A stretch of DNA of 64,000 bases from the human T2T-CHM13v2.0 reference genome, Homo sapiens: assembly GCF_009914755.1 (NCBI RefSeq), contig NC_060934.1, one strand, 5' to 3'. The position numbers and the translations under genes are program-made. Within the stretch, counting starts at the first letter, position 1, and every line of letters begins with the position of its first letter. Shown piece by piece: positions 25,404 through 38,595 of the stretch. The notes beneath the pieces were generated by a model. It searched no databases and was not told where the DNA came from. It saw only the letters and a program-made list of their open reading frames with translations.

Positions 25404-25703
25404 TTTTTTTTTTTTCAAGACGGAGTTTTGCTCTTAAGCTCAGCATAGAGTGAAGTGGTGGGATCTCGGCTCACTGCAACCTCCCCACCGCCGCTGGGTT
25501 CAAGAGATTCTCCTGCCTCAGCTGGGATTGCAGGGGTGCGCCACCATGCCCAGCTAATTTTTGTATTTTCAGTAGAGACGAGGTTTCACTATGTTGGCCA
25601 GGCTGGTCTCGAACTGGTGCAGGCTGGTCCTGACCTAAGGCGATCCACCCACCTTGGCCTCCCGAAGTGCTAGGATTACAGGTGTGAGCCACTGCGCCCG
25701 GCC
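25404..25703 (-). mobile_element. AluS (Sq/Sp-like) with internal indels
   Basis: Antisense Alu with gagttttgctctt; degenerate TSD aaat[c/t]tctatttctttt on both sides. Confidence 0.95.
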
Positions 25704-26382
25704 TTAAATTTCTATTTCTTTTAACACATTAATTCTACTTCTAGTGGCCCAGAAGCTTGAACCAATATGTATGAATAATGCATTACATTTCCATAAAATC
25801 CAGACTAACCAGTTCATTAAAATAAGTTACATCCATCTTTATTCAAAGGCAATGATGTCTGTGATATTTTGACCAGTGAAAAGCAGGACAATAGAAAAAC
25901 TGCAAATCCTGCAGCCCTAACTTACACTATGGGTATATGTGTGGTTTATAAGAATATCTCCTTTTATAGAATTTGTAAGAATCTTCATTTCTTAGACATC
26001 TTCATTTATAAGAATGTCTCCTTCATATGTGTAAGTACAATGAAAGCAAACTGGAAAAATAAAATCCCACCGATGTGTCTACTGAAATTGTGGGTGATTC
26101 CACTTATTTTGAGTATTTTGATTTTTTGAGATTTCAGAATATTTATTGCAATTAGAAAAAAAGCTATTGTCATTTGGAATAAATTCATTGTTGAAAATTC
26201 AGATAATAAATAAGAAATATAAAAATTAAAACACCATTGTAGTACCAAAGTAGAAATTAACATTTGTGTTGCATTTTCAGAGTTTAATTCCAGAATCAGA
26301 TGGATTGGAAATAAATGTAAATGTGCATGTGGGTAGAGCTACAGACACAGATATGGATGCACATTTGAGCATATATCATTCT

Positions 26383-26686
26383 CTTTTCTACTTTTTTATT
26401 CTGTATTTTATCTTATTTTAGATGCAGGGGACACATGTTCAGGTTTGTTACATGGGTATATTGTGTGATGCTGAGGTTTCGGTCTCTAATAATCCTGCAG
26501 CCCAAATGGGGAACGTAGTACCTGGAAGGTAGTTTTTCAACCCTTGCTCCCATCCCTCCCACCTTTTGGAGTCCCCAGGTTTTGTTGTTCCCATCTTTGT
26601 GTTTATGTGTACTTGATGTTTGGCTCCTACTTATAAGTGGGAACAGGTGGTATTTGGTTTTCTGTTTCTGTGTTAATTCGCTTAGG
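26383..26686 (-). mobile_element. L1PA15/16-L1PB-like 3' end, 5'-truncated
   Basis: caggtttgttacatgggtatattgtgtgatgctgaggttt...; TSD tatatcattct at 26372-26382 and 26687-26697. Confidence 0.9.
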
Positions 26687-26984
26687 TATATCATTCTTTT
26701 TAATTTTAATTGATGCATAATAGTTCATCATACTGACATTACATAACATTCATGCAAAGAAGCTCTTAATGTTAAAATTTCAACTTGTCTGCCAATGTTT
26801 TGCTACTATGAAAACACAGTGATAAATATCTTTGCACACAATTCCTCATGTACTCTCTGGTTAACACTTTTGGATAAAATAATAGAAAAAATCAATAAGC
26901 TGAAGTGCATGCATATTTTATACATATTGCCAGATTTTTTTAAGTTTATGTTCCCATAGGTAACATGTTGAGAATAACAACAGT

Positions 26985-27190
26985 AATAATTATAATAAGA
27001 TGAGTGAATGCTTGTGTAGCACTTACCACATGCCAGGCACTATTCTAAGCACTTTGCATGTTGACGCTTTTAATCTTCCCAGCAATCCTTTGAGGCATTA
27101 TTAGCTGATGATGCTAAGGCACAGAGAAGGCAAGTGGCAGCCAGCAAGCAGTGGAGCTGAAGTTCAACCCAGCTGGAAAGGCGTGTGTCT
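26985..27190 (-). mobile_element. MIR
   Basis: agcacttaccacatgccaggcactattctaagcactttgcatg...aaggcacagagaagg. Confidence 0.8.
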
Positions 27191-28854
27191 GTGCCCTGAC
27201 TCCTCTGCTCTGATGCTGGCATTTCCCCTCCTCCCACCCCTACTGGTGCTGCCAGTCTCCATCATCTTTACTGACCTGACAAGTAGGAGAAAATACTCAT
27301 GATTTTTGTTTATATTTATTATATTTTATTATAAAATTGGCTAAATATATTTATATCTCCATTGTCCATTTATACATATCCTTTGCCCATTTTTTTTCTA
27401 CTATCATTAAGCAGATTCTGTTTTTTTAACTGGCTTTCAAGTAAGAGCTCTGTAGATCAAAAGCGATAACTCCTCCTTGACTGCTGTGTTATCTTTCTCT
27501 TGGTTGATCCTTTGTGTCTAAACTTCATGGATACTGTATTCTATGTACTCTGCAGACATTTTACTTTTTTGTGCAGTCTTGTTTATCAATCTTTTCATTT
27601 GCAATTTCTGCTCAGATAATAGTCTACATTTTACCCTGTACATATTTTATTCTAATACAGATTTTTTTTAAAAAAACAGTCATTTTAATCCATCTGGAAT
27701 TTAAAAGTAAGGTGTGAGTTATACCTGTTTTTTCCCCAAATGTCAGTCATGATCCCAACTATCATTTTATAAATAAAAAAATAAAATTTCATGTAAATTG
27801 AAAGACAAAAAGCAGCCAGAGGAGTGTGAGAAGCAAAAACAGAAGAGAAATTGTAAGGAAACAGCCCCTCTATAAAATCTGAACCCCATGCTCCTAGTGG
27901 TGCTAGGAGTGCCCATTCTAGCACACGGAATCAGCTTGCTGGGGACTTACCAGGAGTTGCCTCTCTGCTCCCTGAATCTTTCTTCTCCTGCATCTTCATC
28001 TGTCTCCTGACGCAGCCCCGGCCGCTCACCCTCCACTGCACAGTGATGTCCCTTTAGCTTTTCACAGCAGACTCTTACCTTTGTTTGGCTTGTGCCACAA
28101 ATTTGACCAGCATTTTTCACTGAGAACTTCTTGAAAACCAGAAAAGAAAATGTGGACAGAATAAAATAGCATGCTTCCAAAGAGGTGTTCCTGCTCGCAA
28201 GAGGCCTCGCTCATGCCCTCGAGGAGGCCTGGCATCCTGGCAGTGGCTCCTGACCTGGAAACATTGCCCACATCTGCCATCTTAGCGTGGCTTGGCTCTT
28301 GGCCACATGGCTGCCAGCCCTCTTCTTCTTGTCCCTGGGCTACTTTCCTGTCCTCCTTGCTCTGTCCCTCAATCTGGACATTCAAAGGACCGGGAGGAGG
28401 TTCCTCTGTCTGTGTGGCTCATCACCTTAGCTGAGCGTGGAGACCAGTAGGGTTCTGCATAGCACAGAGGCTGCACCTCCCGTAGGAGGAGGTCAGCAAT
28501 CGGGGCCCATTATGACTGCCCGACTCTCTCTTTGGTAGTGTCACATCCCATGATGATTTCTAAGTTTACTTTCTCTGTGTTCCCCACATTCTTTGTGCAT
28601 TTGTCTCATATCATTTTCCCCTTGCTGACCTGTTTCAACTTACGACAACAAAAGCAACAGCCCACCTGCTTTTGTCTTATACTGGTATATCCAGCATGTC
28701 CAGACCCTTTATTGTAGTTTGCAAGTGCCCAGGAATATGCCACCACATGATGTATCATCTGTAAGCATTTTAGACCAAAGCCCCAGTGACCTAGGAAAAC
28801 ACTGTCTCTTGAAAAATGAATGAAACAACCCAGAACTTTTTCTTAGTCAAAGGC

Positions 28855-29035
28855 TGCCTATATTCCATGTGTTTAACATATTATTTCATTTAATTTAGCA
28901 TGCTATTTCTCCAAGGTGGCTATTGTTTCCATTTTACAGATGATGAACACTGAGTTCAGAGAGGCTAGGTAACTTACCCAAGGTCATTCAGCTTGTAAGT
29001 GGTGGAGCAGAGACGTAAACCAGGCAAACTCCTTT
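28855..29035 (-). mobile_element. MIR
   Basis: ccattttacagatgatgaacactgagttcagagaggctaggtaacttacccaaggtca. Confidence 0.85.
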
Positions 29036-29416
29036 CCCAAGTGAATGGAATCTAATTCTCTCCATTCATTAGGCAATTTATGGTTGTTTCATGTCTTCAA
29101 AGCTGAGTGAGAGGTTTTAATCACTCCAATTAGAATTTTAAACAAAGAACTTCTGTTAAAGACACTTAAGAGGGGATCCACAGGGAGGGAAGACTGATTC
29201 TTGCCAGAAGTTGCTCAATGGAATGCAGAGTGAATTAAATTGGACATTAGGAGACCAGGCTCCAGTCCAGGCTCTGCTACAAGAAGTCTTTGTAAATTCC
29301 ACCTCCCTAGACCTCAGTAGCCCTCTCTGTAAAGTGGAGAGGGACTGACCATCAAGAGCATGACAAGTAGGTTGCGATCCCCACACAAATTCTAGGGATA
29401 CTGTGTTGAAATTAGC

Positions 29417-31523
29417 CTCATTCACAGACAACGTGATCTTATATTCAGAAAAAACTAAAGACTGCACCAAAAAACTCTTACAACTGACAAATAAATTTAG
29501 TAAAGTTGCAGGATACAAGATCAATATACAAAAATCAGTAGCATTTCTATATGCCAATAGCAATTGATCTGAAAAACAAAGAAAGCAATCTCATTTACAA
29601 TAGCTACAAAAAATGCCTAGAAATCAATTTAATCAAAGAAGTGAAATATCTCTATGAGGAAAACTATAAAACACTGATAAAAGAAATTAAAGAGGACACA
29701 GACAAATGGAAAGATATCTCATACTCATGGATTGGAATAATAAACATTGTTAGAATGACCAAACTACCCAAAGCAATGTACAGATTCAACACAATCTTTA
29801 TCAAAATGCCAATGACATTCTTCACAGAAATAGAAAAAAAATCTGAAAATTTGTACATAACCACAAAAGATTTAGAATAGCTTAAGCAATCCTGAGCAAA
29901 AGAACAAAGCTGACAGCATCACACAACCTGATTTCAATTACACTGCAAAGCTGTAGAAATCAAAACACCATGGTACTGGCATAAAAACATATGCATAGAC
30001 CAATGGAATGGGATAGAGAACCCAGAAATAAATCTATGATTTTACAGCCAACTCATTTTTGACAAAGTCATCAAGGACATACACTGGGGCAAGGACAGTC
30101 TCTTCAATAAATAGTGATGGGAAAACTTGATATCTATATGCCAAAAAAAATGAAACTAGATCCCCATCTCTCACCATATACAAAAATTAACTCAAATTGG
30201 ATTAAAGACTTAAATGTAAGACCTGAGGCTATGAAACTAATAGAAGAAAACAAAAAACAAAGGCTGCAGGACATAGATCTGGGCAAAGATTTTGGGCATA
30301 AGACCTAAAAAGCAGAGGCAACAAAAGCAAAAACAGACAAATGGGATTACTTTACTTTAGCTAAAAAGCTTCTGCACAACAAAGAAAATCATTAACAAAG
30401 TAAAGAGACAACCTATGGAATGAGAGAAAATATTGGCAAATTATCCATCCAACAAGAGATCAATAACCAGAATATATAAGGAACTCAAACAACTCAATAG
30501 CAATATAATAATAATAATTAATAATAATCTGACTTTAAAAATGGGCAAAAACCTGAATAGACACTTCTCAAAAGAAGACATACAAATAAGCAACAGGTAT
30601 ATGAAAAATGCTCAGTATCACTAAGCACCATGGAAATGCAAATCAAAACCAAAATGAGATCTCATAATAGCGATTTAGAATGGCTATTATCAAAAAGACA
30701 AAAAATAACAAATGCTGATGGGCATGCAGAGAAAGGGATACGTTTATACACTTTTGGTGGGAGTGTAAATTAGTACAGTCACTATGGAAAACCATATGGA
30801 GGTTCCTCAAAAAACTAAAAATATAACTACCATATGAGGTAGCAATCCCACTGCCAGGTATATATCCAAAATAAAGAAAAACAATACATCAAAGAGATGT
30901 CTGTACTTCCATGTTTATTGCAACACTATTCACAATGGCCAAGATATGGAATCAACCTGAGTGCCCATCAATAGATGAATGGACCAAGAAAACATAGCAT
31001 ATATACACAGTGGAATATTATTCAGCCATAAAAAAGAGTGAAATTCTGCAATTTGCAGCATTCTGGATAAAACTGGAGGTCACTATATTAAGTGAAATAA
31101 GCCAGGCATGGAAAGACAAATATTGCATATTTGTACTTCTATGTGGGAACTAAAAAAGTGGATCTAGTAAAGGTAGAGAGTAGATTGCTGGTTACCAGAA
31201 GCTGGAAAGGAAAGCAGGGGATAAGGGGCAGTTAATAAAGAAAACTTGGTTAATAGGTGCCAAAAAACAGTAGAAAGAAGAAATAAGTTCTAGTATTTGA
31301 TAGCACAGTAGGGAAATTATAAACAATATTTTATTGTATATTTCAAAGTATCTAGAAGAATTGTAATGTTTTCAACACAAAGAAAATATAAATTTTTGAG
31401 GTGGTGAATATCTCAATTACCCTGATTTGATCATTGCACATTGTATGCTTGTATCAAAATATCACATGCACTTCCAAAATATGTATAATTATAATATATA
31501 TCAGTTATATATCAATTTAAAAA
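29417..31523 (+). mobile_element. L1MA-type, 5'-truncated (ORF2 RT C-terminal part to 3'UTR)
   Basis: Broken ORF2 peptides ([39 protein letters not shown]; [22 protein letters not shown]) followed by an L1MA 3'UTR. Confidence 0.93.
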
Positions 31524-33771
31524 GAAATCCTGGGCTCTAAGTCCCAAAGGGAAGGGCTCCATGTTAATGACAGAAATCTGCTTTGCACACGGAGGATCAG
31601 AGTAGTAGTACATGTGGCATGCTTCTTCTAGTCCTTATATCAGGAAACCACTGAGATCCCTCTAAGAAATGATATTTGTGGCCACACAGATCTTTCCTTT
31701 TGGCCTTGTCTAAACTGAACAGTCTCATAAATGTAAGTCCACCTGGACTCCTCTTGATCTGAAATGTTGTAGAACATGAAAATAGTGAGATGGTTGAGCT
31801 GTTCTGCAGTGGGAGTGCAGGAGATTTCACAGGATAAATGCTTTCGGACTTTCTTCTCAAACTGCAGGCTGGGCTGGAAGAATGATGCCATGTTTGATGC
31901 TATAGAATACACATGTGTCAGGAATGTTCATCTTCAGAGGTCAAAAAATTCAAAGTAAAACATACTCACATGATTTATAAAAATAAGATGGAGCTTCAAA
32001 GAAATTTAGTGTTTGTCCAACCTGCTCTGCTCCTGAAACCCTACATGAGCTTCCTTTTTTTGCCATTAGTGCAATTCCATGGAAAACTTGGAAAGCACCA
32101 GGAAGACAGCACCAAGAATGTGATGACCAAATAGAAGTTCAACAGGGAAAAGAGATATTGATGGAGGCCTCAGGAACTTGTGTCTACAGAGGAACAGCAA
32201 CACTTAGCACTAAGAGCCATGCTGTGACCCCAGAGGAGCTCTAGAAAAGAGTAAAGGACCCCAGAGGGACCTGTGGGACATGTTAGCATGAACCCTGTTG
32301 AGTCATCTGCCTGAAAGGGCACCATTAGTGCTGGTGGAGATGGCAGGGCGGGAAACCTCTTTTGTTTCTCTCCTGTATTCTCTCCTTGATCCAACCATAG
32401 CTATTCACTTGCTACTATTGCTATTATTCACTTGCTATTCATTCTGTCTTCCAAATTTCTTATGGGCCAATTTATTCATTTGACAAGTATTTATTGAACA
32501 TCTGCTATGTGACAAGCATGGTCTAAATTCAACAATATATTTAATATCCCATGAGCATCTCAAACCCAGTTTTCCCATGGCTCCCTCAAGCCTGGTCCTC
32601 CTCTTGTATATCCCATCTTAGTAAATGCATCATCGTCACCCAGTGATCCATGCCATAAGCTGGGCATCATTCTCTTCCCCTCTCTGGCTCACTCTTCAGC
32701 ACCTATTTCATCTCTGAGTCCTGTTCAACCCAGGGATCCAATATGGGACCAACCCACATCCTGGTCAGAAGAGGAGCCTGAGTGTCTCCTCCTGTAGCTC
32801 CCTTAGTTCCCAGTGACTTTACTAGGATCACCCCAACCCGCTTGCTCCTCAATTCTCAGTGAGTCCCAGGCCTCTAAATCTTCTGCGCGCTCTCTCTTTC
32901 TGTCCCGGTCACCTGGACCACCTAGGCTTCATCTCCTTCTCGACCTGGAATATGGCAACTATTTTGCTAAATGATATTCATGTCTTGCCTGGACCTTCCC
33001 TCCTGTCCTGGAGGAGCTGAGCTGTAGCCACCTTCCAATTCTCATCCTTGGCCAGTCCCCACCAGCCTATATTCATGCTCCCAACCTACCCATCCCTCTC
33101 TGTCTAGCTCCTGCCCACCTATTCCCACCTCCCTAGATCATTTTTTCTGAACAAGTATATGACCTCCCTTCTTTCACCAATGTTTTAGACAAAATAGTAG
33201 AGGGAATATGGAAAGTTGATTTTGTTTTCTTTTTTGTTTTTGTTTTGTTAAGAATTCTAGTGATGCTATTCAAAGAGGTGACAGCAATGTCCAGCCTGCT
33301 CCCAGAATTCCCAGCTGTATGGCCACAGATAACTAATTATCCTGACCAATTCCATTAGCACAGGGTGCAGGCTGCAAATGCATATTAGGAGAAAGCAGGA
33401 GGGAAATTCCTAAGTCACTGTGCTGACAGCCTCAGTTACAGTTACTCTGGCCCTCAGACACAGGGAAGCTTTTTGCACACCATTCCCTCTGCATGGGAAG
33501 CTTTTTCTAGTTAAACCCCACTCATCATTTACTTTCTCAGGGAGGCTCCTCTTGACCCAAACTGGGGTCCTGGCCATAGCTGCTGTCTTATATCTGCTTG
33601 TGTGGTGACTTCAGTGGTGGTGGTCTCTCCCATTGGACAGAGTTGCCAGGGAAGCCATGTCCGTGTTGACTCCCCACTGCGTCTTCAGTGAAAGCCACAA
33701 AGCAAGCACCCAATCATATTTGCTGAGTTAATGTCTAAGACTGGAAAAATCAACTGTTACAATAACAACTA

Positions 33772-34094
33772 TGGGCATATGTGGCTTAACAACAGACATA
33801 CATTATGAGATGTGCATCTTTAGGTGGTTTTGTCATTGTGTGATCATAGAGTGTACTCACACAAACCTACATGGTGTAGCCTACTACACACCTAGGCTAC
33901 ATGGGACCACCTATTGCTCTTAGGCTACAACCTATACAGCCTGTGACTGTACTGAATGATGTGGGCAACTGTAACACAAGGATGAGAATTTGTGTATTAA
34001 CACATCTAAACATAGAAAAGGCACAGCAAAAATACCATACACTGTCGTACCTACTCTGTCGTTAACAGAAATATCATCATGCAGCACATAACTG
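33772..34094 (+). mobile_element. Tigger3a/MER7A-like (TcMar-Tigger) non-autonomous element
   Basis: catagagtgtactcacacaaacctacatggtgtagcctactacacacctaggcta...aaacatagaaaagg; TA dinucleotides at both ends. Confidence 0.9.
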
Positions 34095-37029
34095 TAGAAT
34101 AGTCTGAAGATGCCATCCTCACAACTCAGTGATGTGATCATTCTTGCCCCTGCCTCGCAGTTGAGAAGTCTCACAATGATGAGACAGTATCCTTAGCCCA
34201 AGGTCACGTGCCCTTGACCCAAGTCTATCATCACCCTCGTTCCACAGCCTCCTGCCTGCCTGTGCACTGGGATGTAATATAATGCAGGGGGGCCCAAGAC
34301 TTGTATTCAGTACCCATCTTTCTACTCATTTGCCTTTAGCGAAGTCTCTCCCCAGCTCATGTGCTAATCCACAGCCTAGGAAGCTAGACTGGAGTGGGGA
34401 GGCGTAGGGGTGAGGCTGGTGGCAGAGGCTGTCCACAGTCCTGTTTTGTTTGGTTAGGGTGTCATTTTAGTTGAATTTGAAAGCCCCAGAGTTAACAAGA
34501 GTGCTACAATTTCAAGCTGCTTGTACCACCCAATCTCCATTTTCAATTCTCAGGATCCAATTAAGCTTTAAAGCTACCTGCTTGGAGTTTGTAAGCTGTT
34601 GAGACTCGGACGAGCTGCCTCTGCACCCTAATTACTCAGGATTCCCAAACATTCTTGCTTCTTTCCTTCTCCCCACACTTCTCAATGAACCCAGTGTCTG
34701 CTAGGACCCAGGTCTGCAACCTCAGCAAGACCCATGTTACCATGTGATGTCTCACTTGCTGGGCCAGTACATGTAGTGGTTATTTGGAGTATTTTTAGGA
34801 TAAGCGCTCAAAGAAGCGTGGAGACCCTCAGGAAAAAAGAAAAAAAAGACATCTACAACAATACCTTGCAGAATTCAGAGGAATTTGAACCATATGTTTC
34901 TACTTCTTTTACTGATTCTTTTACAAGTAAACCATTAAAATGCACTCCTCTAAGAGCTGTTTGATGTCCCAAGAGCTCCCAAATATTTTACGAGCAGTTT
35001 TCCTTAGAATCAAAAGGACGTGTATAACTTACCTAAGAGGGGTGGAAGGCCCCCAAATCCGAAGAATTTTTTGGTAACTCTTGAATTGTACACAACAAAT
35101 TGCCTGCCTCTAACTCTTCATGTTGGATTAGATTTGTAGTTGTCATGGTGAAACCAGCCCAATTTGTTTTCTGGGAGCATTAGAAGGAATGTTCCTGGAA
35201 GGAACCAGGACTGCGGGAAAATTGCGAAGTCTGTAAACGTAGTTCTTCTGCTGCTGGGCCCCATTCTCTCAGCTGAAAGTTGCTATGGAGCAGGCAAAAC
35301 GCAATTCAAGGCCAGCATGAATCATTTGCTTATCTCAAGGACTCCCTCTCATATTTTCTCTTACAAATGTGGTTTTTTACACATAAATGGCATTTCTTTT
35401 TCCATTCTAATCAACAGAGAATAATTATCTCACTTCTTCAAGCAGACGTGAGTCCAGCAGAAAGCCAAGACATTCTACATCTTCACAAGCCTGCTCTATC
35501 TTGTTGAGAGTCCATTTATGATTTCAACTTTGCCCATTCAAAACAGCTGTGATTCTCCCATCTCCAATTTATGGGACTCTTAACGGACATGTTTTCCCTC
35601 CATGATATTATTTTTTATTATGAAAAATAAATAAATACAATAGTAGGTGGAATATCTCAATTTGTACAGTGGTTTACTCTTTACAAGTTCCCCATGAATT
35701 ATCTTACTTAATTCTTGCTTATTATTCTTACAAAATCCCTGGGACAACCTTCTCACCATCCCCATCCTCAGAGGTTAGTGACGCCCCAGGTGAGAAGTTT
35801 CATAAGGGCAAAGCTGACAGTCAGTTTTCTTGATAAAAAAATTAATGCACTTTCTGTTTTGGGGTTTTCAGGTGAAAAATACTTAACTGATTGTTGTAGC
35901 ACAGTGAATCCACCCCAAGAATATTTGTGATTGAATTAGTGAGTGAGCAAGTGACCATTGGGCACTCAGGAAGCCAGGGAAGGGTGGGGAGCTACCTGAG
36001 ACATAGGCTTCCAGCCAGCCTATTGTGAGGCCAGCCCAATGGCAGAACCAGCCTTTGGGCCAGTGGATAAGAACCCGTAGAGGCTAGAGAGACATTACAA
36101 GTAGGGCTGACCAGGTTCATCGTACTTCAAGAAAAATAAACTAGTTACATTAGGAGACTTCTAGAACTGTTAAATTATCCAGGGTAAAAAACATCCTTGG
36201 GTACCTGGTTCTTTTCATGGTGAAAGAGCTGTTGAGACAAAAGCCAGTGCTTTGCTGTAATTACTGGTTATCCAATACTTTGCAAAAGGCCTCGAAGTAT
36301 GCAGTGTCAGGGTGATTCGACACGGACTGTAACTTAGGTCCTTTGTACAGTGTGATAATGAACATGGGTGCTGTCTCTGGCTCCAGCCACAGTCCTACCT
36401 TCCTCCATGCCCAGAGCACAGGCAGAGGGTGACTCAGTGGACTCAGACATTCCCCAGGTCCTTGAAGGTCTGGGAGTGTGTCCTTCCAGGCCCGGGGGCA
36501 AGTATTCCCATAGGGCAGTACTGAGCCCTTGACAGATGTTCCACCCGACCTAGCTGCAGCTGAATTGTCACCCAGCCTTTCCAGCCTAACCTCTCTCCAC
36601 AAAGAAGGAGATGCATTCCAGGAGGTGAGGAGTTCTGCTTTCTGTCTGTCATTCATCAAAATTGCCCTAGTAACCTCCAGACACAGCCTGCTGAAATAGC
36701 TTCCTTGAAATTATTGTACAGAATGATGCTTTAGAAAAAATAGGAAGGACTTTTTGACATCCTTAACATGGTCACAGTCTCAGATTTATCAGGGGCCCAA
36801 TATTATAGGCACTGTTTTGTCTGGTCATGGTTCACATCACACCCACCTCGTGGTCAGCCTGGCTTGGAAGGGAGTCTCGGATGCTCCATATTTGCCCAAG
36901 GCCTCAGCATTGAATCCCAAGCCTGCTCCATCTGGCACTGTGCTTTTCTACCAGACGCCCAATCTGTGGTCATCCAGCCTTAGAAAGTGTTCTTATGGAG
37001 GGCCTCACCTGTACCTTCCTACCTCACGC

Positions 37030-37166
37030 CACACACACACACACACACACATGCACACATACACAGACACACATGCACACATACACAGACACACACACAG
37101 GCACACATGCACACACACATACACACACAGACATGCACTCATACACACACATACACACAGACACAT

Positions 37167-37199
<33 letters not shown>
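37030..37199. repeat. (CA)n-type degenerate microsatellite
   Basis: Directly visible. Confidence 0.97.
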
Positions 37200-37200
<1 letters not shown>

Positions 37201-38149
37201 CCTTGGAAGCTCTGTGGATGCATCCCCCATGAATCATTATGTTGATATCTGTTGCAGAGAGAGCGCTCACTGCCTCTTCCTGGCATCAGGTGCAGATCCC
37301 AGCTGCCAAGACCTCTTTCTCTCGGTCATGCTCCCTGGTGTTTCCCACCCCCACCCCACCATGACTGGGCCCCGCACTGTCCTGCACGAATGCTAATTAC
37401 AAGTGTGAGAATCAGAGGGACCTGCCTTCCAATCACCTCTCCAATGCATAATTATCTGACAGACCTTGAGCAATTGCTTGGTCACCTGATCCTATTTTAA
37501 CTTAACATGAAAACATCTTATCTTGAGGGATTATGGACAAGGGTTACATGAAACGATCCACACCAGAGCCTGACATTGTTGCACCTCCATGCATCATCTG
37601 TCCCTTGTTGTGTGGTCATCGTGACGTTGCACTTCCCTCCTGTCTCACCAGAAGGGAGTTTAAACGTCAGAACTGGGCTGCTCTGGTTTCTCACAAACAA
37701 GGCAATTCACTGGAGTGTTGAATCACGTCAGAACTTTCCAGACCCATGGAATCTGCTTCCCTGCCCAGGTCCTATCCCACAGAACCTGGGATGCACTCTC
37801 TGTCCTCACAGCAGGCCTCCTCAGCCCTGTCTGGCTGGAGGTCATGGCATCTTGGCCCCCTGGGTCCGGCCTCCCCAGTGTGGTTCGGTTCTTCCCAACC
37901 CACCCTCAGCACAGCACTGCCAGCTTTAACTCTCATGTCTGGGGACACAGAAAGGGTTATTTCTAAGAAGGCTGGAAAAGGGACTCCTACAGATGGTGTC
38001 CAAGACGAAGAAGACTATTGAATCCTGCTGATTTGATTAAACTCTGCCCATATATTCCCCGAGAAGTGACAGAGGAGGAAGCCTACCTTTAATTTACCAA
38101 TTATTACTTACTATATCTCTAATTACCCGCTCCCCCATCCTCCCCTCTC

Positions 38150-38595
38150 TGTATCAGTGTGCTAGGGCTGTGTAACGAACACCAGGCTGAGTGGCTTACA
38201 CACAGAAATTTGTGTTACACAGTTGTGGAGGATGGAAGTCCAAGATCAAGACGTTGCCAGGGCTGTTTTCCTGAAGCCTGTCTCCATGACTTGCAGAGGC
38301 TGTCTCCTCCCTGCAGCTTCACATCGTCTTCCCTCTACAACTGTCTGTCTCTGTGTCCATATTTCTCCTTTTCATGAGGACACCAGTTATATTGGATTAG
38401 GACCCACCCAACGACCTCATCTTTTTTTTTTTTCTTTTTTTTTTTTTTAATTATACTTTAAGTTCTGGGATACATGTGCAGAACGTGCATCTTAACTTAA
38501 CAATGTAAACACATTATTTCTGAATAAGGTCACATTCTGAGGTGCTGGGGGTGAGGATTCCACCGTATCTCTTCTGGAGACACAGTGCAACCCAA
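38150..38595 (-). mobile_element. MLT1A/B MaLR solo LTR
   Basis: tgtatcagtgtgctagggctgtgtaac...aagtccaagatcaag...aggacaccagttatattggattagg...aataaggtcacattctgaggtgctgggg. Confidence 0.88.
38424..38487 (-). mobile_element. Extremely 5'-truncated L1PA (~40 nt 3'UTR + poly(A)) inside the MLT1
   Basis: T-tract then aattatactttaagttctgggatacatgtgcagaacgtg; TSD catctt at 38418-38423 and 38488-38493. Confidence 0.9.

Noticed and set aside
25945-26024. Repeated tttataagaat[a/g]tctcctt
   Set aside because: Two short copies in AT-rich, old L1-like sequence; trivial slippage, not a spaced array
29156-30624. Several RT-like ORFs
   Set aside because: Broken frames of a dead L1MA ORF2
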